Assembly (NCBI GenBank): GCA_964637185.1
Contig: CAZWVB010000002.1
Coordinates: forward strand, 1,375 to 65,374
DNA: 64,000 nucleotides
Reading direction: 5' to 3'
DNA from: an uncultured Candidatus Saccharibacteria bacterium
GTDB lineage: Bacteria; Patescibacteriota; Saccharimonadia; CAILAD01; BJGX01
The stretch's first letter is position 1; every line of letters starts with the position of its first letter. The position numbers and the translations under genes were made by a program. Below, one piece after another: positions 39,173 to 48,895 of this stretch. Below the pieces are notes generated by a model. The model saw nothing but the letters and a program-made list of their open reading frames with translations. It did not search any database and was not told where the DNA came from.

Positions 39173-39643
39173 TCACCATATTGCCCATCGCACTTGAGTA
39201 CGCTTCCTGAGCTGTGGAGCCATGCCATGCTTTTCTAGTATGCTAGGCCAATATTGCTTGAGCCATTTACGTTGTTTGTGGTACAGATCTTCAAGACCAC
39301 GTTCAGCAAACTCAGCTCTTATCACGCCACCGCTGTGAGGATGTTTGTATTTTTGGCCATGAGGAGAGTTGAAACCATGAGCATAGTGAGATAGCTCATG
39401 AAATATTGTTGCTTCTACTACAAACTCAGGTACTTCTAGGTCTTGGTAAATTGGGTTGATGGTAATTATGCTTGATACGTTATCCTTGGGATCAATTTTG
39501 ATAGACCCAAGTCGCCACTTGGCTCGTCTACCGTAGCAGATCTTGACGTCATTCTTTTGCTCGATTTCCGGAAAATACTTATACCAGATATTGGCCAAGC
39601 AGTTTTCGAGCCACTCATCATCTCGATAAGATTTAACTACCAC
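39173..39643 (-). CDS. SprT-like HExxH zinc metalloprotein
   Basis: RLGSI, ITIN, TIFHELSHY, HPH. Overlaps the end of the upstream helicase gene. Confidence 0.7.
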   Translation of the reverse strand: MVVKSYRDDEWLENCLANIWYKYFPEIEQKNDVKICYGRRAKWRLGSIKIDPKDNVSSIITINPIYQDLEVPEFVVEATIFHELSHYAHGFNSPHGQKYKHPHSGGVIRAEFAERGLEDLYHKQRKWLKQYWPSILEKHGMAPQLRKRTQVRWAIW

Positions 39644-42450
39644 TTTATCCCCTTCATAGTAAGATTATTGCGAAAATCACCTGAGCGGATTTGATCTATC
39701 ATCTTGGTAATTTTGGCAGTGGTTTTATGTGCGTCAGGTGGAGCTATTGAAGCCACTATCTGGTTTTCTACAAATGATAGGCTAAGACTCTCTATTGGTT
39801 TGGTATTAAGTTGCTGCCAAGCAAGTGAATATAGGTACAACTGCAAACTATTTCTTACCTTTTGATCGGCGCTTTTTTGGTTACTAACTGTGCCTGTCTT
39901 AAAGTCACGAATCTCTATGCCTTCACCATTCTCTAGTATCAAATCATATCTACCTGATATGATTACCTTCTGTTGTTCTAGCTTAAGAGCAAACGGTTTT
40001 TCAACATATAGAGGCGTCTCAGGGATGTTTTTGTGATCATGATAGTATTGCGCTATCACTTTGTGACCTTGTTTGAAACGATCTTTCTCGTGTTGCAAGG
40101 ACACGAAACCCTCGCTCCGCCAAGCGGCGTCAAATGCGGCGTACATAGGTTTGAGAAGTGGTTTTTTGCCATTTAAGAGTCCTTGGTAGTAAACTTCAAG
40201 CGCGGCATGAACTGCCGAACCATAAACCAGACTGTGAAAAGGCCCTTTGGGCATAGAAAGTACCTCAAAATACCAAAAATCAGCTGGTGAACGTTCAAAA
40301 CTAACCAATTGATTGACGGTTAGACGCAAATAGCCATCGCCATCTATCATGTTGCGAAGTGGGTCGTACTCGGTTCTTTCAACCGTATGAAAACTACTGA
40401 GTATTTCACTCGGCTGCTGATCAGTGCTGGATTTCAAGGCTGGCTCCTCGCCAAGAGCCTCGGCTATAAACCGAGATGGCTTTCGCAGCATTTTGCCACC
40501 ATGGTTTTGTGCCCAACTCAGGTACAAACCACTCTTCGCACGCGTCATAGCGACGTACATAAGACGTCTTTCCTCATGGATATGCCAATCGATCGAAGGC
40601 TCATCACTGGACTCGAATAATCCATCTGGCATACGTATCATATCAGATCGTCTTTGTGCTGGAAAAACTCTAGAGATCAGGTTTGGGATAAACACATGAT
40701 CAAATTCTAGGCCCTTGGCACGATGTACAGTCAATATATTGACGGCATCGATGTCCAGTGGTGATTGCTCAACCTCAATTGAACCCTCAGAATAAACAAT
40801 TTGTTGTAGATAAGTCCACAAACTATACATATTATGGTCCAAAGTAACGTTTTCATAGTCTCTAATAAAGCCAAAAAACGCTGCAATATTCTGCAGCTTG
40901 TTGGCCGCAAGATTGTCACTGGCCGATTGGCTATAAAGCTTTTTTAGATAGCCGCTACGTTCAAAGTAACGATAAAGTAGCTCGCCTGCACGCAGTTCTT
41001 TGGCCTCTGATAGATACTCCAATAGTTGCCCCACCACGACATACAATGCCAAATCAGGATTATTAGAAATGTAGCCCGCAAGGCTTAGGTGTGATCTTGC
41101 AGCACCGGCGGCAGCAGCTGAGATCTCAATTTGGCTCAGATCATACATTTCTGAGCTCAATAGCCCAAATAAGGCCTGCGAGTCCCCTTGATCTGCTATC
41201 CAACGCACGAAATACAGCAGATTTTGCACCTCCTCGAGCTCAAACAGCTTTTTGCTCTCGGCCAGTTGGTAAGGTATAGCCCATCTAGACAGGGTATGAG
41301 CAATGTCACTGGCCTGATTGTTCTTTCGTAGTAAAATCGCCATATCCTGATAATCAACACCCTGGTCGTGCAGTTGTTTTATCTTTTGCGCCAGCCAATC
41401 GAGTTCGGCCTGATAAGTCCCAAATGACAAGCCAATTGGTTTTTTGCCCACCTTGGTAGCCACGAGATGCTTATTGATCTTTTCCGTCATCTCGAGACGA
41501 TACGGATTGTTGTGACCAATGAGCTGATAACTAGCATCCAGTATTCTTTGACCTGTGCGGTAATTCTTAACCAGTGCTACTACCTTAGCGTCAGCAAAAA
41601 CATCAGTAAATCGAAGAATATTGCTGATATTGGCTCCACGAAATTGGTAGATTGATTGATCATCATCACCTACTACCATCAGATTATGATGTTTTCTACA
41701 CAATAGCTCCAATATCTGAGCCTGCACGAAGTTGGTATCCTGATATTCATCGACCATCACATAACGGTATTGTTGTTGGACGTGTTCGAGCACGGAAGGT
41801 CTTGCCTCAAGCAACAGTAGCGTCTTACATAACAAGTCACCATAATCCATCAAACCATTTTGGCTACAGTAGTCTTGATATGCAGTGTAAATCTTTACCA
41901 ACTCCTCCAAACGTAATTTTTCCTGGAGATCATCGATTTTTTTGGCCTGGATGAAGCTTTTGAATTGCTGGGGCAAAATATTCTCATCTTTCAGACGAGA
42001 CATGAACTGCACAATACCACGCAAGAAGCCAGTAGGATTGCCTAACGGTCGATAATACTCCAAGCCAAGACCATCAATTACGTTGTTGAGTACCACCTGT
42101 TGCTGCGCGCTTGATAATACCTGATATTCCGGATCCAAACCAATCTCAACACCATATTGGCGCAACAAATGCTCGCCAAAACTGTGAAAAGTAGATATCT
42201 CAGTCTCAAGCTCTGTCAATCTCAGCAAGGACTCGACCCTAGAAGACATCTCGCGCGCTGCCTTATCTGTAAAAGTCATGGCCAGTATCTCACTTGGCTT
42301 GGCAGCGGCTGAGCGAATTAAATTAGCTATCCTAGCCGCTATTACGCTTGTCTTACCTGTGCCTGCACCTGCCACTACCAACATAGGTCCATCAACGTGT
42401 TGAACCACCTGCTGCTGCTCAGAATTTAGTCTTATGCCGCGCTCTCCCAT
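39637..42450 (-). CDS. UvrD/PcrA-family helicase fused to a PD-(D/E)XK nuclease
   Basis: AGAGTGKT, VDEYQDTN, VGDDDQSIY.FRGA, TVHRAKGLEF, EERRLMYVAMTRA. C-terminal GRYD..IRDFKTG..QL.LY. Confidence 0.93.
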   Translation of the reverse strand: MGERGIRLNSEQQQVVQHVDGPMLVVAGAGTGKTSVIAARIANLIRSAAAKPSEILAMTFTDKAAREMSSRVESLLRLTELETEISTFHSFGEHLLRQYGVEIGLDPEYQVLSSAQQQVVLNNVIDGLGLEYYRPLGNPTGFLRGIVQFMSRLKDENILPQQFKSFIQAKKIDDLQEKLRLEELVKIYTAYQDYCSQNGLMDYGDLLCKTLLLLEARPSVLEHVQQQYRYVMVDEYQDTNFVQAQILELLCRKHHNLMVVGDDDQSIYQFRGANISNILRFTDVFADAKVVALVKNYRTGQRILDASYQLIGHNNPYRLEMTEKINKHLVATKVGKKPIGLSFGTYQAELDWLAQKIKQLHDQGVDYQDMAILLRKNNQASDIAHTLSRWAIPYQLAESKKLFELEEVQNLLYFVRWIADQGDSQALFGLLSSEMYDLSQIEISAAAAGAARSHLSLAGYISNNPDLALYVVVGQLLEYLSEAKELRAGELLYRYFERSGYLKKLYSQSASDNLAANKLQNIAAFFGFIRDYENVTLDHNMYSLWTYLQQIVYSEGSIEVEQSPLDIDAVNILTVHRAKGLEFDHVFIPNLISRVFPAQRRSDMIRMPDGLFESSDEPSIDWHIHEERRLMYVAMTRAKSGLYLSWAQNHGGKMLRKPSRFIAEALGEEPALKSSTDQQPSEILSSFHTVERTEYDPLRNMIDGDGYLRLTVNQLVSFERSPADFWYFEVLSMPKGPFHSLVYGSAVHAALEVYYQGLLNGKKPLLKPMYAAFDAAWRSEGFVSLQHEKDRFKQGHKVIAQYYHDHKNIPETPLYVEKPFALKLEQQKVIISGRYDLILENGEGIEIRDFKTGTVSNQKSADQKVRNSLQLYLYSLAWQQLNTKPIESLSLSFVENQIVASIAPPDAHKTTAKITKMIDQIRSGDFRNNLTMKGIKW

Positions 42451-42493
42451 AGCTACTTCAAGTATAGCTAGGTTTGGCAATATTACCAATCAA

Positions 42494-44197
42494 CTACATA
42501 TGTTCGGGCATTTCAATACCTAGCAGCCGCATGTTGTGTTGTAATAACAACCCTACTGTCTTGTTGATATTCGATCTGTAGTTAAGACTGTCATCGCCAC
42601 TAATTATTTTGTTAGTGTTGTAGAATTTATTATATAGTTGAGATATCTGGTGGCATGCCTCGCAGACCATGTGTGGGTCAAAATCATCAAGCGCCGACTG
42701 AAGACTGAGCGGTGTTGCCAAACAAGCAAGCACCAACGCACGCTCCTGCACAGTAAGGCTATCTGGCGGCTTGCCAGACTCTGTCTGTTTGGCCGTCTGT
42801 TTCTCTTGTACTGATCTGGTGCGAGCATAGCCATACATGATGTAAGGTGCTGAGTTTCCTTCGAGCGAGAGCAGACTATCCCAGTCAAAAACCATATCGC
42901 TTTGACGGTTTTGTTGTAGGATTCCGTACTTGATGGCACCAATTGCTATCTGGTCGACTTTGGTAGACTCTATTGGGTTGTTCTTTTCTTTTTCTAGCTT
43001 AGCTACGCGCTTCTTGGCTTCGCTCAACAGATCACTTAGCAACAAAATGTTGCCTTTTCTAGTGCTCATAGATGCATCTCGAAAGCGCATTCTACCGAAC
43101 GCGACATGGAGATTCTGGGCTTTGGTGAGTTGTAGCCTATCTGCCACCTCAAAAACCTGTTGAAAATGTAGCCGCTGTGCACTATCCACCACTACTAGCA
43201 TGGTGTCAGGCTTCCACTCTTGGTCCCAGAAGGCTATCCTGGCTAGATCTCTCGTCAGGTACAATGTGGTACCATCTTGCTTACGCACAATAGCTGGAGG
43301 CATATTTGGATCCTTCATGGGTGCCACTAGTGCCCCATCACTTTCTACAAAATAACCGCTATCTATACCCTGATCTATGATGGGCTGCATTTTGTCTTCG
43401 TAAAAGCTTTCGCCATGAATATAATCAAACTCTACCCCAAGCTCGCGATAGATAGTGTCCACATCCGTCATACTCCAGTTGCAAATCTTCTGCCACAAAG
43501 CACGATTCTCCGGGTCGCCAGCCTCAAGCTTCTGATATTCGGCCCTGCCGGCATCATCTAGCTCCACATCAGCATCAGCCTCAATATGAAAACGCACATA
43601 TAGTTTGAGTAGCTCAGCGACAGGATTGGCTTCGATTGATTCAAGATCACCCCATTGTTTGACCGCCCAGATCAGCTTGCCAAACTGGGTACCTAGATCG
43701 CCAATAAAATTGTCAGCTATGACCTCTACTCCCAGACCACGGTACAGCCGCTTGATAGCGTCGCCGATTACTGTGCTCAGCAGATGATGCACCCCCATCG
43801 GTTTGCCCATGTTGGGATGAGAATAGTCCATCACTATCTTCTTTGGTTTGAGCTCAACATTTGCGGCCAGCCACTTCTCAACTCCAAGCTCTTCAATCGT
43901 GCTTAGTTGATTTATTAGATAGCTGGGCTGCAAACGAATATTTACAAACCCAGGTGCCACCGCCTCGGCACTAGCCACAATATCGGTCGAGCTTAGCTTA
44001 CTAGCGATGTTCTGAGCCAAATCCATAGGGTTGGCACCTACTTTTTTGGCGTTTTGGAGTGCCACATTGCTACTGACATCACCAAAGTTTATGTCGCAAA
44101 ACGACAAAGTCTTTGCCAAACCATCGGTTGTGATGCCACTGGCCTTAGCTGCAGGGCCCAACTCGGCTGCTATGTCTTCAAAAATCTGATAAGCCAT
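42494..44197 (-). CDS. argS: Arginyl-tRNA synthetase
   Basis: DYSHPN.GKPMGVHH, GDLGTQFG, GESFY, LYLTRDLA, MSTRKG, GNSAPY. Confidence 0.96.
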   Translation of the reverse strand: MAYQIFEDIAAELGPAAKASGITTDGLAKTLSFCDINFGDVSSNVALQNAKKVGANPMDLAQNIASKLSSTDIVASAEAVAPGFVNIRLQPSYLINQLSTIEELGVEKWLAANVELKPKKIVMDYSHPNMGKPMGVHHLLSTVIGDAIKRLYRGLGVEVIADNFIGDLGTQFGKLIWAVKQWGDLESIEANPVAELLKLYVRFHIEADADVELDDAGRAEYQKLEAGDPENRALWQKICNWSMTDVDTIYRELGVEFDYIHGESFYEDKMQPIIDQGIDSGYFVESDGALVAPMKDPNMPPAIVRKQDGTTLYLTRDLARIAFWDQEWKPDTMLVVVDSAQRLHFQQVFEVADRLQLTKAQNLHVAFGRMRFRDASMSTRKGNILLLSDLLSEAKKRVAKLEKEKNNPIESTKVDQIAIGAIKYGILQQNRQSDMVFDWDSLLSLEGNSAPYIMYGYARTRSVQEKQTAKQTESGKPPDSLTVQERALVLACLATPLSLQSALDDFDPHMVCEACHQISQLYNKFYNTNKIISGDDSLNYRSNINKTVGLLLQHNMRLLGIEMPEHM

Positions 44198-44245
44198 AAT
44201 ACATGCATTATATCCGAATAGATCCCTATCAGCTATAATACAAGC

Positions 44246-44695
44246 ATGAAAATTGTCGCTACCAATCGCCGCGCCAGGCATGACTACCAGATAACATCTA
44301 CTATGGTAGTAGGTATTGTTTTGTCCGGAGCTGAAGTCAAGAGCGCCAAAGCTGGCAACCTAAGTCTCAAAGGTAGCTTCGTGCGCCAAAAAGACGACGA
44401 GCTATACCTAGTGAATGCTCATATTTCACCTTATAAGTTTGCGGCACAAGCTGACTACGACCCCACACGGGAGCGTAAACTCTTGGCGCATCGCCGCGAG
44501 ATTGAGCAAATCGGTGCCCAAGCACATGGTGCCAGTCTATCTGTTGTGCCTCTGGCAGCCGGCATCGAGCATGGGCTGGTAAAGTTGGAAATAGGCATTG
44601 GCCGCGGTAAGAAGATCTATGACAAACGCAGCAGCCTGCGCCAAAAAGCCGCCGAGCGAGATATCGAGCGTGATATCAAAGCGAAATCAAAATAA
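44246..44695 (+). CDS. smpB: SsrA-binding protein
   Basis: NRRARHDY, GIVL.GAEVKS, R.RKLL, GKK.YDKR. Confidence 0.97.
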   Translation: MKIVATNRRARHDYQITSTMVVGIVLSGAEVKSAKAGNLSLKGSFVRQKDDELYLVNAHISPYKFAAQADYDPTRERKLLAHRREIEQIGAQAHGASLSVVPLAAGIEHGLVKLEIGIGRGKKIYDKRSSLRQKAAERDIERDIKAKSK

Positions 44696-44810
44696 TCGTT
44701 CTAAACCTGTTGATGGCATCAAATTGTACAATTTATTTGTGCTATAGCACCGAGCTAACGTAAAAATCCCCCACTACAAATTAGGTGGCTTCTATGCTAA
44801 CATAAGCATT

Positions 44811-45809
44811 ATGAATATGCACGACACGATTGCACGGCTTTTTGTCGAGCCCAAAGGCATATTGGCAGCCGATGAGAGCAGCAAGACCGCGACCAAACGA
44901 TTTGAAGCTGTCGGGATTGACTCCACGACAGAAAATCGCCGCCTATACCGCCAAATGCTTTTTGAAACACCGGAGTTCGCACAATATATTAGTGGGGTCA
45001 TACTATATGATGAGACGTTTTGGCAATCCAACGATTCTGGCGTGAGCTTTGTTGACTACCTATCCAAGCTCGGTATCATACCTGGAATAAAGGTGGATTG
45101 TGGCCTAGTACCTCTCACCAACTTCGAGCCTGAGACAATTACCGAAGGCTTAGATGGTCTCGACGCACGGCTACACAAGTACGCCCAAGCTGGAGCCAGA
45201 TTTACCAAATGGCGAGCAGCATTCCAAATCGATCAAGACAAATCCTTACCGACTATGGCGGCAATTCATGCCAACCTCAATCTCATGGCACGCTATGCTG
45301 CTTTGGTGCAGAGCCATCAGATGGTCCCGATTGTCGAACCAGAAGTACTATATGATGGCGAGCACACGATTGAGCTGTCTGCTGAGGTTACCAGCAATGT
45401 ACTGCGCGTGCTATATGACTTACTTACTGCTTACCGAGTTGATCTCTCCTGTACGATCCTAAAGACCAGCATGGTGTTGGCTGGCAACAAATCAGCTAAA
45501 CCGTCTAGCCCGGATCAGGTGGCTAACCATACACTGGAAGTATTACGGGAGCGTGTGCCATCTGAAGTTGGCGGAATCGTCTTTCTCAGCGGGGGCCAAA
45601 CTCCTGAGCAAGCCAGCGCCAATCTCAACGCCATCGATAGTCAAGGCACGCAGCCATGGCCAATCACGTTTTCGTTTTCACGTGCCGTACAAGACCCAGC
45701 CATCAAAGTCTGGGCCGGCCAGTCCGCCAATGTTGCGGCCGCCCAAAAAGAGTTTGCTGTGTGGCTCGCCAAAAATGCTTTGGCGCGACGTGGCAAATTG
45801 AGCGAATAA
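44811..45809 (+). CDS. Class I fructose-bisphosphate aldolase
   Basis: KGILAADES, PGIKVD.G, FTKWR, VPIVEPE, FLSGGQ, FSFSRA. Confidence 0.95.
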   Translation: MNMHDTIARLFVEPKGILAADESSKTATKRFEAVGIDSTTENRRLYRQMLFETPEFAQYISGVILYDETFWQSNDSGVSFVDYLSKLGIIPGIKVDCGLVPLTNFEPETITEGLDGLDARLHKYAQAGARFTKWRAAFQIDQDKSLPTMAAIHANLNLMARYAALVQSHQMVPIVEPEVLYDGEHTIELSAEVTSNVLRVLYDLLTAYRVDLSCTILKTSMVLAGNKSAKPSSPDQVANHTLEVLRERVPSEVGGIVFLSGGQTPEQASANLNAIDSQGTQPWPITFSFSRAVQDPAIKVWAGQSANVAAAQKEFAVWLAKNALARRGKLSE

Positions 45810-45884
45810 AATTTTGACAAAAAAGTTCAAAAATATAGCAAAAAGTTGTTGACACACCTGCAGCTTAAGCGGTATTATTACTTT

Positions 45885-45976
45885 AGTGCTGCTGCACACA
45901 TAAATTACTCAAAAACAAAAACAAAGCTCTTCCAACAGATCAGCCAAGGCCACAAGCCGAGGCTGATCTTCTTTTT
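45885..45976 (+). ncRNA. Candidate ~90-nt small RNA
   Basis: TTGACA(45849)-18-TATTAT(45873) promoter, no ORF, terminator AGATCAGCC/GGCTGATCT + TCTTTTT (45937-45976). Confidence 0.4.
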
Positions 45977-46057
45977 AGCATTACGATTTCTGCCATAATT
46001 TTTGTGTGCGCCAATGCTCGTTTGTATTTCAAACTTTTTTTAAGCAAAATAATATTC

Positions 46058-46747
46058 ATGCAAATTTCACTCGTCATCCCCGCCCACAACGAAGCCGAAT
46101 ATATAGGCCGATGTTTGGCCGCGGCGTCAGCCCAATCGCAGCCGTTTGCCGAAATAATTTTGGTCGACAACAATTGCGCTGACAAGACTATTGAAATCGC
46201 CCGCCACATGCAACTCAAAAATTTGCACGTAGTTCGTGAAAACAAACAAGGCATCGGCCATGCCCGCAGCGCAGGATTTGACGCGGCTCGTAGCGACATT
46301 ATTGCCCGCATAGATGCCGATACTATCCTACCAACAGATTGGAATAAGCAAATATTAGCTGATTTTGACCAAGAAAAGCCCGATGCTATCACCGGCCCAG
46401 CCTACTTTTATGATTTCCCGCGTATTGTGCGACCTGCTATCACCTGGTTGCACATACGTCTCTACTTCCACCGCACCGCCCAAATGATGGGCAGCCCGAC
46501 CCTGTGGGGCTCAAACATGGCAATTACCAAGGCTATGTGGCAGCGAGTTAAGCCCAAAATTACTGATGACGACTCGCTGGTGCACGAGGATGTCGATCTT
46601 GCTCTCCAAATTCACCGTGCTGGCGGCAACATATACTTCGACCCGAAGCTCCTAGTGGGTGTCAAAATGCGTCAGCTCTACAGATCACCACGCAATACTA
46701 TCGCTTACTTCCGCCGGCGCCGCACTACCATTGAGCGCAGCAAGTAA
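46058..46747 (+). CDS. Glycosyltransferase family 2
   Basis: SLVIPAHNE, VDNN..D, RIDAD, GSNMA, EDVDL. Confidence 0.9.
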   Translation: MQISLVIPAHNEAEYIGRCLAAASAQSQPFAEIILVDNNCADKTIEIARHMQLKNLHVVRENKQGIGHARSAGFDAARSDIIARIDADTILPTDWNKQILADFDQEKPDAITGPAYFYDFPRIVRPAITWLHIRLYFHRTAQMMGSPTLWGSNMAITKAMWQRVKPKITDDDSLVHEDVDLALQIHRAGGNIYFDPKLLVGVKMRQLYRSPRNTIAYFRRRRTTIERSK

Positions 46748-46843
46748 CTGCTTACGCTGTACCAGCCCTGGCTTATCTGTTAGACTAGCGCAAGCGAAAT
46801 CGTTCGCCAAACCCGCAAGTTCACAACCGAAAGAGAGATCATC

Positions 46844-47341
46844 ATGATCCATGTGTTTTTGGGAAGCAAGAGCGATCTGGAGCTGGTCAAGGCCAGCGTC
46901 CGCCCGATCTTCAACCAGCTGTGCCAGGACCTGGACATCGGCCCTGGCTACATCCGATACCACATCTGTTCGGCTCACCGCAATTCAGATGAGCTGGCAG
47001 CCTTCGTGAAGAGGATCGTCGACGAAGTCGATCCCCAGATCGCCATCGGTGTGGCCGGCATGGCAGCTGCTCTGCCCGGTGCGCTGGCCGGTGCCAGCAA
47101 GATGCAAATCCCGGTGATCGGTGTGCCGCTCGACGAGGACGGCATCGACAGCTGCGCCTACATGCCACCCGGGGTACCGGTGATGTTGGCAGGAGTCGGC
47201 AAGCCGGGTCTCAAGAACGCCACGCTCGCCGCCATCCAGATCGAAGCGATGCGCAGCGCGCCAATTGCCGCATGGCTTCGTGACTACATGAGCGCCAACA
47301 CCCCGTCAGCCAAGTTCGACATCGACATCAACGCCGACTGA
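46844..47341 (+). CDS. purE: PurE-family AIR carboxylase/N5-CAIR mutase
   Basis: GSKSD, CSAHR, AG.AAALPG, PVIGVP, MPPGVPV. Confidence 0.9.
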   Translation: MIHVFLGSKSDLELVKASVRPIFNQLCQDLDIGPGYIRYHICSAHRNSDELAAFVKRIVDEVDPQIAIGVAGMAAALPGALAGASKMQIPVIGVPLDEDGIDSCAYMPPGVPVMLAGVGKPGLKNATLAAIQIEAMRSAPIAAWLRDYMSANTPSAKFDIDINAD

Positions 47342-47366
47342 GTCGGCTCACAACAGGAGAAACACC

Positions 47367-48266
47367 GTGACACTCACACCCATCTACACCGGTAAGGTCT
47401 GCGACATCTACGACGCAGGCGGCGGACGTCAACTGCACGTCCGCACCGACCGCACCAGCGTGTTCGACGTGGTGCTACCCCAACAGGTGCAGGACCGTGG
47501 CAAGGTGCTCACCGAGATCAGCAACTTCTGGCTCGATCTGTACCCGGACGTGCCTCGGGCACACTTGCCCTACGGTCGGCCGGAGAAGTTCAGTTCGATC
47601 CCCGACCTGGCCTACCGCTCCACCTTGATGCGCGTGGCGGAGATGCTCAAGATCGAGTGCATCGTACGTGGCTACCTGACCGGCTCCGGTCTCAAGGAGT
47701 ACAAGCGCGATGGCGGTCAGCTGTGCGGCATCCAGTTGCCAGATGGGCTGGTCGAGGCCAGCCAGCTGCCCGAGCCAATCTTCACCCCCAGCACCAAGGC
47801 TGAGAGCGGCCACGATGAGAACATCAGCTTCAAGGCCGCCGTGGACATCATCGAGGCGCAGTTCCCTGGCCGCGGCATGGAGCTGGTCACGCGCGCCAAG
47901 CTGATCTCGCTCGATCTGTACCGCCGGGCCGCGGCCCATGCCCGAGAGCGCGGCATCATCATCGCCGACACCAAGTTCGAGTTCGGGCTGATCGATGGCG
48001 AGCTGGTGCTGTGTGACGAGGTGCTCACACCTGACAGCAGCCGGTTCTGGCCGGCGGAGCTGTGGGTACCCGGCCAGAGCACGCCCAGCTTCGACAAGCA
48101 GATCCTGCGCGATGTCTACCAGGCTCTCTACGACGAGGGCAAGTGGGATAAGAAGTACCCGGCGCCCGAGGTCGATCAGAAGCACTTCGAGCTCACCCGT
48201 GAGCGCTACATCGAGGGCTTCGTGAGGCTGACCGGCTCCAAGCCGGAGTTCCTCAAGGCAGCCTGA
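47367..48266 (+). CDS. purC: SAICAR synthetase
   Basis: GKV.DIY, TDR.S.FD, ECIVRGYL.GS, FTPSTKA..GHDEN, ADTKFEFG, DEVLTPDSSRFW. SD AGGAG. Confidence 0.96.
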   Translation: MTLTPIYTGKVCDIYDAGGGRQLHVRTDRTSVFDVVLPQQVQDRGKVLTEISNFWLDLYPDVPRAHLPYGRPEKFSSIPDLAYRSTLMRVAEMLKIECIVRGYLTGSGLKEYKRDGGQLCGIQLPDGLVEASQLPEPIFTPSTKAESGHDENISFKAAVDIIEAQFPGRGMELVTRAKLISLDLYRRAAAHARERGIIIADTKFEFGLIDGELVLCDEVLTPDSSRFWPAELWVPGQSTPSFDKQILRDVYQALYDEGKWDKKYPAPEVDQKHFELTRERYIEGFVRLTGSKPEFLKAA

Positions 48267-48446
48267 TCTCTGACCAACCTGCGGGTAGGCCGAGCGTCTG
48301 GGATAGCATCCCGGAGGCTCGGCCACCAGCCTGAGTATTCAAATCCGCTGTCCAGCGAATTGAATCTTCAGGTTGAAATAACTATGTTGTAAATACGACG
48401 TCAGCCCCCAGCGGGAGGCGGACGCCTGCTTGCTAGGGGCTGTTGA

Positions 48447-48812
48447 TCAGGAAGTGATGACTGCGTCTCTCCACAGAGATGCGATCGCTCGTTCACCTTC
48501 CTCCCGCGACACGATCGTAGGTGTGGCGTAGTGCAGGTCGCCGACGAACGACGTTCTCCAGGTACCCGAGGTGATCCTCGCTTTGTCCTGCTTTCCACAG
48601 AAGGTGCACAGGCGATAGCGGTTGCGACCACTGTTACCCACCCATTCCAGTACTTCAGCGTGTGGGCAGGTAGCCCGCAGCTGATTGATCAGATCAGGAA
48701 GCTTCCGGGCGGCCTCCTGCGCTTGACGGATCTGCAACCGCAGCAGGTTGAGTTTGTCCTGCAAGGTCACCTCGCCACCCAACTCCCGTGGGCCAGCGTC
48801 ATCATCGATCAT
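48447..48812 (-). CDS. Hypothetical protein, coiled coil + CxH/CxxC putative zinc site
   Basis: SD AGGAG, TCPH and LCTFCG, GC-rich codon usage. Confidence 0.6.
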   Translation of the reverse strand: MIDDDAGPRELGGEVTLQDKLNLLRLQIRQAQEAARKLPDLINQLRATCPHAEVLEWVGNSGRNRYRLCTFCGKQDKARITSGTWRTSFVGDLHYATPTIVSREEGERAIASLWRDAVITS

Positions 48813-48895
48813 GGTCTTCTCCTATTCGATCGAGGTTGCTACCTGGTGTAGCGAACTGCAAGTATGCTAGCATTTAGCAATAATAAATTCAACGA

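Noticed and set aside
47475-48326. 283-aa antisense ORF over purC, and similar antisense ORFs over gyrA, gyrB, the T4CP gene and the adhesins
   Set aside because: Shadow frames caused by codon bias or repetitive coding on the opposite strand, with no motifs or start signals.
48376-48396. dif-like sequence (..CTATGTTGTAAAT)
   Set aside because: Several mismatches to the XerD arm and no XerC arm at the correct spacing.
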